Of a stretch of DNA of 64,000 nt, positions 24,673 to 38,554 are shown piece by piece. Location of the stretch: assembly GCF_006345805.1 (NCBI RefSeq), contig NC_043003.1:49414001-49478000 (forward strand), written 5' to 3'. Position numbers and translations under genes: made by a program. The notes beneath the pieces were generated by a model. The model ran no database searches. It saw only the letters and a program-made list of their open reading frames with translations, and was not told where the DNA came from. This DNA is from Octopus sinensis (taxonomy: Eukaryota). Within the stretch, counting starts at the first letter, position 1, and every line of letters begins with the position of its first letter.

Positions 24673-25354
24673 TATATATATATATATCAAAATAAGCAAC
24701 AAGGATATCCAGAGGTAATACAGTGCGTTCGCCAACTGACTGACCCGAACGCGATGGCGTGCCGCCACCTGGCTCGCGCGGGCGGAGCCGACCGGGTCAC
24801 CGCTGCCGCTCCGCAACCGACGCCGCAACTACGCCGCATATAAGTGAGGAGTTCTTTTTTTTCTTTGTTGGTGATTAATCTCTAGTGTTTTGTGTAGAAT
24901 TTTAAACCAAAATCTGCTTCCAGTACAATATTACTTTTCGTTATAGTTATAGATATATTTATACTGAGATGTATCGTGTATCTTTCCAAAATGGTGCCGT
25001 AAAGTTCTTTTTCTCCCGCCAAAGTCAAGATTAATATTTGCAACATGTAAAATACGTGTTCTGCAAATTTTGCTCTTCACCTGCTTTTATTAAGAAAAAT
25101 GAACAATGAAATATAAAAAGCTTACATTTTTTAAAGTTTTTTTTTATAATTTACCAATATATTTTTCATAAAATGAAATATTAGAAACTAATATATCGGA
25201 CTATAGTAAATATAATAAATCTCCACTCTTGTAGTCGTGTTATACATAGAATTGGAAATTTTGAAGAATACTTTGGTCCAAAAATCTAGATGCGTATTAT
25301 AAACGTGTTTCAGTGCAAATCCTTCCTTCCTATTAAAGGTATTATGTTTAGTTA

Positions 25355-25584
25355 GGGCGGCGAGATGGCAGAAACGTTAACATACCGGGCGAAATGCTTA
25401 GTATTTCGTCTGCCACTACGTTCTGAGTTCAAATTCCGCCGAAGTAGACTTTGCCTTTCATCCTTTCGGGGTCGATAAATTAAGTACCAGTTGCGCACTG
25501 GGGTCGATATAATCGACTTAATCCGTTTGTCTGTCTGTGTTTGTCTTCTCTGTGTTTAGCCCCTTGTGGGTAGTAAAGAAATAT
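25355..25584 (+). mobile_element. SINE family B with 16-bp TSD
   Basis: TSD gtattatgtttagtta (25339-25354) / gtatcatgtttagtta (25585-25600). Confidence 0.92.
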
Positions 25585-26787
25585 GTATCATGTTTAGTTA
25601 TATATTTCTTATCATCACATCACATCTCATAGAAAACTAAAGATTCACTGATATTTTGGAGGGACAGCTCCTTAAGAAATATTTTATATATTCACACACA
25701 CACACACACGCACTAGTTCGGCACAAACAGTTGTCCGGATACATTCCTATCACGATCAATAATGAGATGCTTAGTTAATACATCTTACTCTTGTATGATT
25801 GATATATCTCGTCCATCTATTGTGATATAGCGATCGTTCATTCAGGAAAGGCCAGACTTCTTATCTATATTGGCGTCATTATATCAGTTTACGAGATAAA
25901 TATCGAGGCATAATGTTTTGTTGATGTATACTGTTTGCCTCTCTTGAGGTGTGTTTACGTTTGCCCTAGAGCAAGGCCTTGATATGACGTCGCTATTTGG
26001 AGTTTTAAGAGTTCACATCCGTTCGATTTGGAACTTGGTGAGTTTCTTATCAATTGCGGTCAGATATAAAATATCCTGCAGCGTTAGTATCTTTCGTTCT
26101 TTCTTTTTTTCTTTCTGCCTTGGAAATATTTTTCTCCGGAACATGATTTGAAAACTGTTTAAAACCAGATTAATTCTGTCAATAGATGCAGGAAGATCGA
26201 ATGGTTGAGAAGCTCGCTTTGCAACCATAAGGTTGCAGGTTTGATCCCACAGCATGACAGTTTAGGCAAATGTAATTTTTTCTATAACCTTGGGCCGACT
26301 CATACCTTATGAATAAAATTAGTTAGACGGAAACTGTATAGAAGCCGGTCGAGTACATTGTACATGTAATTGAAAAGGTTCAACTTTCTCATATACTGAG
26401 TCACGCAGATTCTGTTTGGGAATTACGTTGAGGGCACCTCGTGTCGGTAAAAAGCTCAGCTATATAGACGTTAATTCAGGAGTAGACAATTCAGCAGATC
26501 GAGCAATTGAATCCTCGTCTTTGAAAGACGGAGATCCAACCATCCATATATTGCTGAAGCTTTGTCTCGATTCAGCCGGAGGTGTCAAATTTTGGTAGAA
26601 CGCCGGTAAATTTTATGGGTAGGGGCTTGGTCAATTACATGGACTTTCAATATTTGTCTTGTACTTTATTTTATCGATCCTGAAAGGATGAAGCAAGGTT
26701 GACCTAAGCGGCATTTGAACGCAGAACGCAAGGAGTCAGAACCGCTGGCAGTTACATTCCGTTTTATTCACGAATACAATTATAGAA

Positions 26788-27091
26788 GTGGAAGCACATG
26801 GCCTAGTGGTTAGAGCAGCGCACTCGCGGTCGAGGGATCGCGGGTTCGAACCTCAGACCGGGGGATGCGTGTGTTTATGAGCAAAACACCTAAGCTCCAC
26901 GCGGCTCCAGCAGAAAGTGATGGCGAACTTCCGCTGACTCTTTCGCCACAACTTCTCTCGCTCTTTCCTCCTGCATCTAGTAGCTCACCTGCGATGGACC
27001 GGCGTCCCATCCAGGTTGGGAACCTATACGCCAAGGAAACCGGGAAACCGGCCCATTATGAGCCAGGCATGGCTTGAGAAGGAACAAACAA
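26788..27091 (+). mobile_element. tRNA-derived SINE family C with 12-bp TSD
   Basis: Head gtggaagcacatGGCCTAGTGGTTAGAGC..GGTTCGAACC (A and B boxes); TSD acaattatagaa at 26776-26787 and 27092-27103. Confidence 0.92.
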
Positions 27092-27504
27092 ACAATTATA
27101 GAAAACATTTAAGCTGGAGTGGATTACAAAAAAATGTGTTGACAAAACAAAATTACATAAAAACGAAACCAGGGGACAATGTATATAGAAGACACTTTAA
27201 CCTATCTCTAAAAGCAAGGATATATAATAACCATAAAGCAACTACTTTAAATCAAACGAGTTATAATTTTAAACATAACATACTAAAACATACCCTCGCA
27301 CACAAACGAGAACCGACCAGTTAGGTTGGTCAGAGTTGTCTGCTTCTTTACTCACCTGCCACTGTTCTTACAGAGACTTCCTAAAGGGTATCTAAAAGCA
27401 TCTGTTCATATCCTTTGCGTAGAACGCGACCAAAAACATCCCAAGTCCTCCTGGTACTCCGGGCAAAATACTTAGCGATAATATTCCGCTATCATGGGAG
27501 AATC

Positions 27505-27862
27505 CTTACACCAATAAGTATTGGTTCAATTCCACTTCAGTTAGTTAAGTATCTATCCAACTAACAAATCAATCGTTTGTTTAACGTGTTGACACAGACA
27601 TAGGACCAGAGCTGAAACAGACGAATGCAGCCTTCACAGCAAGTTGGGAAACCACGAGTCAGTGAAAAGGTTGCAAACGGCAACGGACGAACAAACAAAC
27701 CGATTGACTTTTTAACAAACACGTTAAGCAAAAGATCGATTAGTTAGTAGCTTATACATTCAACCAATTGACTAACGATAAAGAAGTGGAACTGAATATG
27801 TGCGTGTGTTATTATTGTTGATGTAATGACTCCTTCAAGACACAACAAAATTTCCTTCAACA
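27505..27862. mobile_element. Fold-back MITE family F, copy 2 (different central segment)
   Basis: Arms homologous to 6062-6340 (aatcgtttgtttaacgtgtt/aacacgttaagcaaaagatcgatt; aagaagtgg..gtgtgtttattattgttgatgtaatgactccttcaagacac). Confidence 0.65.
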
Positions 27863-27875
27863 CACGAATTCTATA

Positions 27876-28256
27876 CTCTCTCTTTACTTGTTTCAGTCAT
27901 TTGGCTGAGGCCATGCTGGAGCACCGCCTTTAGTCGAGCAAATCGACCCCAGGACTTATTCTTTGTAAGCCTAGTACTTATTCTATCGGTCTCTTTTGCC
28001 GAACCGCTAAGTTACGGGGACGTAAATACACCAGCATCGGTTGTCAAACGATGTTGGGGTGACAAACGTAGACACACAAATATATACATATATATACACA
28101 CGGGCTTCTTTCAGTTTCCGTCTACCGAATCCACTCACAAGGCTTTGGTCGGACCGAGGTTATAGAAGACACTTGCCCAAGTTTCCACGCAGTGGGACTG
28201 AACCTGGAACCATCTGGTTCGTCAGCAAGCTACTTACCACACAGCCACTCCTACGC
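27876..28256 (-). mobile_element. SINE family A, full length
   Basis: Aligns to other family A copies; another degenerate copy lies at ~30415-30835(-). Confidence 0.9.
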
Positions 28257-29696
28257 CTGAATCTTGCAAGCCAAATACAAAATAGTTCTTCATCAAAATT
28301 TTGTCTCTTATATTCCAATTTTTGGTATTTAGTATATTGACACAAAATCCATTGTATCATATAAGTATTAATTTGTCTACAAGGTACTAATTAATATTTC
28401 GAACAACCGCTTTGTCGTCTTCATCTTGTGTTTTACACTCCTTGATGGTCGAGTTAGGTTTGTTTCCTCTTCTCTCCAGGAATTTTCACTCCTTTTCTTT
28501 CTGGATTCCATTACGTTTAAGTTAACAAAGTTAGAGGAGACCGGCCCCAACTTGTCAGCTTTTGGAACCCACCGTTTCTAGTTTGGTGTTTCTTTTTGAT
28601 TTAGTCTTTCATACCAAGTCGATAGTATTGTCAGCACACCGTACAAAAGGATTTACAGCATTTCTTCCGGATATTTACGTTGTGAGTTCAAATTCTGCCG
28701 AGCCCAACTTTGCTTTTCAGCCTTTTGGTGGGGTCGATGTAATCCCCTAACACCTCCCCTAAATTTCAGGCCTTGTGCTTATAGTAGAAAGGATTATTAT
28801 TTTTATTTTTATTGTTGTTGTTGTTGTTGTAAGGCGACGGCGAAATGGCAGAATTATTTACAAGCCGGGCAAAATGCTTAGCGGCATTTCGTCCGACTTT
28901 ACGTTCTGGGTTCAAATTCCACCGATGTCATCTTGGCTTTTCATCCTTTCAGATTCAATGAAATAAGTACCAGTTGAGCACTGGGGGTCGATGTAATCGA
29001 CTAGACTCCCCTTCCCCCAAATTCCAGGCGTTGTACTTATAATAGAAAAAAATTATTGCTATTAGTTAGTAGTGGCGGTGGGTGGCTGTGGTGGTGGTTG
29101 ATATTGTTGACTTCATCTGTTTCAACCTTTCTAATTATGTGTGGCAGAACTTACTGTCGAATTACCCATTTCACTATATCACCGTTAGGTGTCCTCAACC
29201 ATATGTCGATTCTTTCTCCGGCAATATTCTTCGTCTTTAACCTCACTGTTAACTAATATTGATTCAGTAAAAAAAAGTTTTCAAAACGTGTTTTATATTA
29301 AATTGATTCTCAAGAGTTGTCTTCTTACTTTCAACAGAGGCAGCCTGTTGAAATAATTGCTTCGCTGTGAAGTAATATAATTTTGTAGGAAATCAATCCC
29401 AGTATAAGTTTAGTTTTCATACTTCCATTCTATAAATATTCTCGTATATTTTTAAAATGAAATTTATAGATATAGTATTTTTGTTCATAGCTCAGTGAAA
29501 AATATATTTTCTAACGATGAAACTTATATGGTCTTCAATTTTAGTCTTGTTTCTTTTTTTGGTGTCAGCACCATCGTAAATGCATAGTGAAGAAAAGTGT
29601 GGTGTAAATATAGCAATAATTTTTCTGTACTTCTATGAACCCATGGGTATTATACACTTGATTAAGTTAAGAAAAAATAGGTAAACGCCTTTTTGA

Positions 29697-29926
29697 AGGC
29701 GGCGAGCTGGCAGAAACGTTAGCACACCGGGCGAAATGCTTTGCGGTATTCCGTCTGCCGCTATATTCCGAGTTCAAATTCCGCCGAGGTCGTCTTTGCC
29801 TTTCATCCTTTCGGGGTCGATTAAATAAGTACCAGTTACGCACTGGGGTCGATGTAATCGACTTAATCCGTGTGTCTGTCCTTGTTTGTCCCCTCTGTGT
29901 TTGGCCCCTTGTGGGTAGTAAAGAGA
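29697..29926 (+). mobile_element. SINE family B
   Basis: Full young-form copy; older degenerate copies at ~1039-1250, 7825-7917, 28650-29050, 31456-31670, 40679-40860, 47440-47650(-). Confidence 0.88.
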
Positions 29927-32256
29927 TAGATGGAACGGTAAAGAAAAGATAAAATGCAAAGATGTGGATAGAAATAGGCTAGATATAGATAAAACGTGAA
30001 AGGAAAAAATAATTTAGAAGACACGGAGATCATTGTTTTCTAAGAGAGCTGCATGACCTGTCTTTATCGAATTGCGATGTGAAATAGGTCCTACTGAGAG
30101 GATGAATTTTAAAATGTGTGATTTCAAGGATATGTATCACAGGTTGCGAAAATTTCAAAATGTTTGTTGTTTTATACGATCAAGCCGCAGGCGGCAGGAG
30201 ACTTTCGGTAAGAACGATCAGCTAATTTTATGAGTAAATAAAGAAATGAATCCGTAGAACGGTCGGTAGGTAAGTAAGCAGATGAACAGTTAAGCATATT
30301 CAAATATGCTTTGTCGAATTCCAAGTTTTCCAAGTTAGTGATGATGAGCGAACTTACTGGATTTATGGCAGCAGTGATGCGCACTGGGTTTGAAAAACAA
30401 TCACCCTGCAGTATCATCTGTTTTGTTTTTTCACATGTGAGATTTTGGACTGCGGTCATGTTGAAGCACAATCTTGAAGGCAGTAGTCAAACAAATCAAC
30501 CCCAGTACTATTTTTTAAATGTCTGGTACTTATTGTTACAAATATATTTTACCGAACCGCTAAGTTACTGGGGACGTAAAGAAACCAACGCCGATTGCCA
30601 AACCGTGGTGGGGGATACACGCACACACATAGACACACACACACGCACACACGACAGGCATCCACTCAATTTCCTTCTACCAAAGTCACTCACAGGTATT
30701 GTGTGTGTGTGTGTGTGTGGCTCGGGACCAATATTGATTCAGAAAATGTGTTTCAGATTAAATTGATTCTCAAGAGTGAGATTGAACCCAAAATCACGTG
30801 GTTGCAAAGCGTGCTTCTTAACCACACAGCCATGTCAGTGCCTTATGATAAAAAAAACATCGTTTATATGCATTTACCTAAAACTAAAATACATGTATCT
30901 ATGTGATACTCGAATGATAAGGTTTATTAAAGAAATTAAGCGTTAGAATGAAAAGGTTCATCATCTCTATTTTCCTAAACAACTGACAGGTATGCAGAAA
31001 TGAGCTGCTTTTTAATAGTTAACATTATACCACAAAATGTGGTGTTTGAGACACGGTGCCTGGTCTATTAGTTTTCCTGTTCGTTTTCATTCTAATCGAA
31101 TAGTACTAGAACTGAGTATTCCAGTTGAGGGGTGGAATCGGCATGGATCATGCTGAGATTCAAAATATAATCGGTTCTTATTAAATCTTTGACAACCACC
31201 AGAAGTTTTTCTAATTTTCTACACTGATATAGTATTTCTTAAGATGAAAATTACAGAATTTTTTCAAGAAATTAATATGATAAAAGTTACAAGACTTTAA
31301 AGTAATTTTAATCTTACCTAATTGGAAGCGTCTATTGCCGACATACCGGATATTTCTAGAACTCTTCAGTGCCAGTTATTTCATGTAAATTTCTACTATT
31401 TCATCACTTCATATGAGTATGAGTGAGTGTGTGTGTTAATATAAACTTTCTTTAAGGCGGTGAGCTGGCAGAATCGCTAGCACACCGGGCAAAATGCTGA
31501 GCTGTATTTCGTCCGTTTTTACGCTGAGTTCAAATTCCTCTGATATCAGCTTTGCCTTGCATCCTGTCGGTATCGATAAAATTAGCACTAGTTGAACACT
31601 GCAATCGATTTAATCGACTTGGACCCCTCCTCCCAAATTTCTGGCCTTGTGCCAAAATTTGAAACAAATGTAAGCTTTCTTTATAAATGTTAGTTTTTAA
31701 ATTATGCTTACCGAAAGATAAACCAAACCACACACACACACCCATACAATAACATGCATACACAAACACACTATTGAGTGGCGTAAGTTAAGTGAAAATA
31801 CTTCGCAAGTGAAATTACACTTGCGAAGTATTTTAAATACATCGTGAAAAGTCAGAAACCAAGTGGAAAATTATTATATTATAATGCCACATCAAATGGA
31901 TGTTAACGTTATATATCATTGATAATATTGAAACTTTATAAAATATATTACGGACTTATCGCATTGATATCTGTAGTATGCAGACGATAGAATTGCAAGT
32001 TATGTCAATGGTTGATCGAAAAACAATCGATGGAACCGACAGTCGTCCATTTTTAACAATCGAGATATAGCAAATATTTGAAATATGGGGAAAATACTAT
32101 ATTTTCATGCATTAATTTAAAAAAACAACAACATTGAAATGTAAACAGCGTTTTATCAAATTGTTAAGGAAACGTCTTTAAAAGCTCAAATATTTCAAGG
32201 ATACACAAATATGGTCGACTATTCACGAGAAATTACCGATAATAAGGGATTATAAG

Positions 32257-32257
<1 letters not shown>

Positions 32258-32330
<73 letters not shown>

Positions 32331-32363
32331 ACATATATATGTATATGCTCAATTATATATATA

Positions 32364-32396
<33 letters not shown>

Positions 32397-32561
32397 GTGT
32401 GTATATATATATATATATATTTATATGTGTGTATATATATATATATCTATATATATATGTGTGTATATGTATATATATATGTGTGTGTGTGTATATATAT
32501 AATATATATATATATGTGTGTGTGTGTGTATATATATGTATATATATATATATATATAATG

Positions 32562-32659
<98 letters not shown>

Positions 32660-32690
32660 ATATATATATATATTATATATATATATATTT
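32258..32690. repeat. Compound (TA/TG)n microsatellite
   Basis: Direct inspection. Confidence 0.97.
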
Positions 32691-33344
32691 GCCGAACTGA
32701 TAATTCCTTCGTGCAGTAATAACATTAGCGCCATTTTCAAATATTGATTCAATTATCACAGATTTTGAACCAGTTATGAAAAGGACCATCAAGGGACATT
32801 AACATATATTACACTAGTTTTTACGCTGTAAACATAAACGCCACACACACACATCTATATAGCATTTTAACAAAAAAAATTAGTTTAATAAAAACGTGAC
32901 AATATAACCTTTTTATTTTTCCTTTAACTTATTTTCTGTATTTCGAACACTTGGTATAATTCGATTAATTGTTGATTTGAGCTGCTGTTACTTTGATCAA
33001 TTGTTTTTCGTTCAATTGTTTCGATCAATTGTATTTCATTAATCTGTTTTCGATAAATTGCCACCAAACAATGCTTGTATATAGTATAGCTAACAGTTTA
33101 AGCTTCTTGCTGCTAAGATGTGGCGGACACAGAAAATAAAACAAAACAATCAAAAGAATTACTGAAGTTTGGTATCTTTTGACTGAATATATTGCGAACA
33201 GGTGTTGTTGTTGTTGTTGTTGTTGCTGCTGCCGATGCCATCGTTGTTGTTGTTTTCAGTGTCAGTGGTGTTGGTTTAAAAAACAATGTGATTTTAAAGC
33301 GGATATAAGAAGAGAAGAAAACACAAATTAAGATTCGATATAAG

Positions 33345-33568
33345 CTCAGGCGTAGCTGTGTGGTAAGATGCTTGCTTCCCAACCCCATGGTCCTGGGTTC
33401 AGGGAACCTTGGGCAACTGTCTTCTACTATAGCCTCGGGATGACCAAAGCCTTGTGAGTGGATTTGGCAGACGGAAACAGAAAGAAACCCATCGTATAAA
33501 TACGCTAGGTTTCTTTCAGTTTCCGTCTACCAAATCCACTCACAAGGCTTTGGTCGTCCTGAGGCTAT
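33345..33568 (+). mobile_element. SINE family A head with local fold-back inversion
   Basis: 33429-33489 is inverted at 33508-33568. Confidence 0.85.
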
Positions 33569-33725
33569 TTTCTATTTTCTCTTGCTGTTTATTTCTGTGT
33601 TCCTTTCTGTTGAAGAGTGTAGGCTCGAAACGTAAAATAGTTTCTCACTTCCCGAGCGTTAAACTAATACATCTGTTTGTTGTTTACACACCCGTCTTCG
33701 TCTTTTTTGTTTTGTAAATTCTCAC
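33569..33725 (+). mobile_element. Short Penelope-like element with degenerate hammerhead core
   Basis: CUGUUGA-A-GAGU-guag-GCUC-GAAAC-GUA at 33607-33634; ends in (TA)n; same family as 56155-56330. Confidence 0.6.
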
Positions 33726-33783
33726 TATATATATATATATATGAATGAATGAAAGAAGTAAAAGATATAAGATAAATGTGGAA

Positions 33784-34146
33784 ATGCTGGAGCACCACCT
33801 TTAGTCGAGCAAATCGAGCCCTGAACTTAATCTTTGTAAGCCTAGTACTTATTATATCGGTTCTCACGCCGAACCGCTAAGTCATGGGGATGTAAACACA
33901 CCAGTATCGGTTGTCAGGCGATGTTGGGGGGGGGACAAACACACGCACAAACATATACATACACACACATATATATATATATATACGACGGGCTTCTTTC
34001 AGTTTCCTATGTGCCAAATCCACTCACAAGGCTTTGGTCGGGCCGAGGCTATAGTAGAAGACTCTTACCCAAAGTGCCACGCAGTGGGACTGAACCCGGA
34101 ACCATGTGGTTCGTAAGCAAGCTACTTGCCACACAACCACTCCTGC
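33784..34146 (-). mobile_element. SINE family A
   Basis: Aligns to the family pattern seen in other copies. Confidence 0.9.
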
Positions 34147-37075
34147 GGCTGAAGAACATAAAATTTCAAAAGTCTTGTTTTCCTTTCTTTATAGAAAACT
34201 GAAAAACGTAGCAAAACTTATCTTTGAATGAATATGAAAGTGGAAAGCTTTTGGTGAACAATCATGAAAACATAACAATCACAATATGACCGCTGGCAAG
34301 CTTCAAAAATTCTTTATTTTCTGTCCACCAGAATGACCAGAGAACAATATATACACTGCAACAATAAACTTAAACAGGAAATGAAATGAGCTTTTCTGTT
34401 TTTATTTTTATTTTTATCCATAAAATTTCTAATAACGTTATCAAAATCAATTTCTATGGTACGGCATAATTCAATAGTCGTACCTAGGCTTTATAAATCA
34501 AATAAGCCGGCTTTGAGAAATGGCAAACCTTAAAACATGTTTGATGTTTGAGTTTGCTAAAAGACATTACTGCTTGCAGCTGAAATTGTCAACAACATTC
34601 TCAAACTAAGACAAATATTTGCAAAATATCTCACAAAATTTGTAGTCAGTCAATTAATTTAGCAATTCTGACGGTTTCTGTCGTATTATTTATTTATTTT
34701 TATTTTGCTTTATGTACTGATGATAAATATTGCATTTCTGCTTCAAAATTTTCATAATTAAGGCCAATGGAATATTGACTGCTAATCCTTTCTTTTTCTC
34801 TTTTTCCCCTCCTTCTGGTTCCCTTTCAGACAAAACAGAGATTGTTTATATTAGAGATTGCATTGTACTCCTGGGAATACAGTAGCTCTCTTCTGGTGAA
34901 TTGTCAGCTGGACATTTCATTTCATTATGTTTTACCGCCGTCCACTTTCTCTTTTGACTCGCTTCCCCAACCATCGAAGAGTTTGATTTCCACCTTAAGA
35001 AGTGATATCAGTTCTTTAGCTTCATTCCGTATCGGTGTTCATATCGTATATCCCTTTTATACCCTGATATTTAGGGATTCCATAAAACCCAAATCGATGA
35101 AAAATGTACCATACTAAAGTCAGTACCGGAGTGGAAAAAGAAACGTATAAAACTACTAGGTTACGTTGTTACAGTTCACTTTCAGATTCATGCATTACGC
35201 ATAATAACATATGAGAATATGTGCAGGGAAGTCAATGAGGCAAGAAAAGACTCAGGAACCAGGTTTTTTAGTGTTAATCATTGGTCTTGGAGGCGTTATG
35301 CCAACAAGGGACAAATAATCTCTTCTTAGATACCGGGGTAGAACATTAGATAATTTTACGCCCTGAGATTAATTAAATTCAGCATTGTATAGCGACGAAT
35401 AACTCAGAAAAGCTACTGTTTAAGAAGTATACTGCCCCGCTCCGATAGCTACATACAGCAAGTAGCACCTGGCTATTTGAAATTAATTTTCTTGGATGCG
35501 AACAGAAAACGGTTTCAGTGGTACAATATAAAGTTTAGACGTTTGTCATCAATAGAACAATATGCATTCCTATTTAGAGGAATGTGAACCTGAAACATAA
35601 ATCTATTTTTCAGAAACACGTCGCAGAGTTGGTCACATATTATGATTGATTTTTCACTCGGTTGGCTGACTATGGTGCTAATATATTCTTCATTATCATT
35701 ACTGAACTTTAAATCAGACCTGAATGAGTAAATCTAAGATCAAGGGCATTCGCAGTTATTTTTTCAGGAATAGTGTATAGTGTGTGTTCTTTTTAGGACG
35801 ATAGTGTGTAGCTTGAATGGGATTTGCTACTGTTGCGACCGATCACGTAGAGACGACGAATTGGGAGAGAAACAGAGGGAATATTGTGGCTTAAATATCA
35901 ATTTTACGGTTGAGGCAAAATCCACACTTGATAGCATCATCTTTCCATTAGCTAATATCATTGGGGTTATCTTCTTTGTTTTCACATTTTAAACAATTCC
36001 AAAGGGTGTTTTTGCCTTCTAGTTGTGTGGTTAATTTCAATTAATCGCAGTTTCTTAAATCACTATATTACTTGTCTCAGACTTTACAGAAGTATGTAAG
36101 TATATTTATATATAGACAAGCGTACACACTCAAATATACACACATTTATAAATAAACTCACGCGTGCACACACACACACAACACACACACACACACACAT
36201 ACACAAACCCATCTCAAAATTATTCATAACATAACCAATAGTCTACTTCCGATTTACTCAAAATGATTGAGTTTGTTCGAGTACCTAATGACTGAACTGA
36301 GTAATTATGGCGAAAACTCAAGGAAAAGAGCCTTAGTTTAAATACACGCACACATACAGACACTCACACACACAGACACGCACACACACGCACAGATGAG
36401 GGACACACACACACACACATAATGCTCACTTAAATATCCCCCCTGAGATCTATTTATAGGTATGCATATTCATCACTTCTGAGTCTTACTGAGATAATGT
36501 TCCGCTGAAGAGGCCTAATAAGTTTGAAACATGTCCATTGGTTTCAGTATTAAATTCAAAAGCACAATCTACTCCCAACCGCTTTGCCTTTATTTTTAAA
36601 AAACCTGGATTTAGTTGACATTACTGGAATTACCTCAAATGCTAGTTCTTGTTAAGTTTGTAAACGCTTCCAATGGGAGGTTTTGCCACCTAATTACAAA
36701 GGTAATATTACTTAATCGAAGTTTCTCGACTAGCTATTTCTTCTATGTTAAACTCTGTCGTTCGTGTATATGCTAATATATGTAGCCTTATATGCAACTG
36801 TGCATTATATAAATGTAGAATTTATGTGACAACTGCCAGTTATCTGTGTGTATATGTGTGTCGATACGCGTCAAAATGTATTCTTCACTTTCCTAACAAC
36901 AAGCGATTTATGTATGTCTTGTACGTATAGCTTTATGTCCAAAGACGGCTAAGTTATGAACGCATGTGAGAATTATAGTCACAAACGTCTATGTAATATG
37001 CGCCAATAGGTATACGTGTGGGTGCATGCATGTGTGTGTCTGTGTATCTGTGTGCGTGCATGCATGAATATTTGT

Positions 37076-37114
<39 letters not shown>

Positions 37115-37312
37115 CGAGTTTAAGATGCCTCATGTGTATTTATTGATTTGTTTGAGAAGCTTCTTCAATTACAGAACATTTATTGAATATGCATACAGAA
37201 TGTATATTTCGTAATTGCGTGACAACTATACGTGTGTGTGTGTGTATATGTACACATAGCATACATTTATATGCACACACGCACATATGCTTACATATGC
37301 TTACACACACAC

Positions 37313-37356
<44 letters not shown>

Positions 37357-37369
37357 AATATATAGACAC

Positions 37370-37418
<49 letters not shown>

Positions 37419-38277
37419 TATACTTATACATATGTTTACATATATACATGTATATACATGCATATATGTACTCACTCACACATATGTATATGCATAAATG
37501 CACACGTACTCATACACACACACATACACTCACACACATGCACACACACACACATACACTACTCTTATAACCAGATACTAGTTTCATTGCTGTCCATCCA
37601 TATCAAATATTCTTCAGAAACGCCAGGAAAGATAGAAGCAGACGGCTATGACAGGAATCGCTGCCCCACCAACACATCGCAGGCTTCCCTTATTCTATGT
37701 TACAGGAAATTATAAAGGCATGGGAAAACACATTAAAAACTAAAAGAAAGTAAAAGCAAAACAAGACAAAGCATTGCTTTGGTGCCGTTCAAGTGGAATT
37801 TTCCGACTAGTTGTCCAGAGAAGCCATTAGTTTTCAATCTCTGCTCCATATGGGTCAAAAAGTCTGGTAGAGTTTGCTGTGATTGAGATGACCTTCACTA
37901 TTAAAATATTTGTGCTTCTCTGCAGAACATTGATCAATGTGTTTCCTGTGTGGCTGCCATCCATGATAGTGTAAGGAATATGCCGATGATTTCGTGAATG
38001 GGGAGTGATGTTAGTAGAATTGGTTTCGCATATGGGTTAGTGGCATTTAATGCTTAGCAGTGAATTTCTAGCAGCAAAAAGGTTTTTGTTGCAATAGATA
38101 GAATTAATGACAGTGGCTGGCTGACTGACCGACTGACTGGCTTAATTGATGGATAGGCATCGTTGCTGTGGATGTTGGTGTTGGTTTCTATTGCTGTGTT
38201 AATAATAATAATAATAATGATGATGATGATGACGATGATGATGATGATAATAATAACAGCAATAATAATAGTAATAA

Positions 38278-38552
38278 TCTCTGCTGCCTAAGAGCAAGCA
38301 TTAAGAACCAATTACACCAAATACAGAATAGACAACACATCAGAAAGTGATATGTGCAGAATTTGAGGACAAAATGGTGAAACCGTATGGCATATTACCA
38401 GTCAATGTACGCCACTAGCCCAGAAAGAATATAAAAGACATCATGACAATATAGAAAGGATTGTCCATTGAACACTTTGCAACAAGTATGGACTTGACAG
38501 ATCAAAAAAGTGGTACGAACATAAACCCAAAGGCATCATTGAAAATGATACT
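38278..38552 (+). pseudogene. RLE-type LINE fragment (zinc-knuckle region)
   Basis: A*EQALRTNYTKYRIDNTSESDMCRI*GQNGETVWHITSQCTPLAQKEYKRHHDNI..TLCNKYGLDRSKKWYEHKPKGIIEND; preceded by an (AAT)n-rich tract. Confidence 0.9.
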
Positions 38553-38554
38553 GA

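Noticed and set aside
26788-26865. Possible tRNA gene
   Set aside because: A/B boxes are present but there is no closed acceptor stem or oligo-T terminator; it continues into a SINE body flanked by a TSD.
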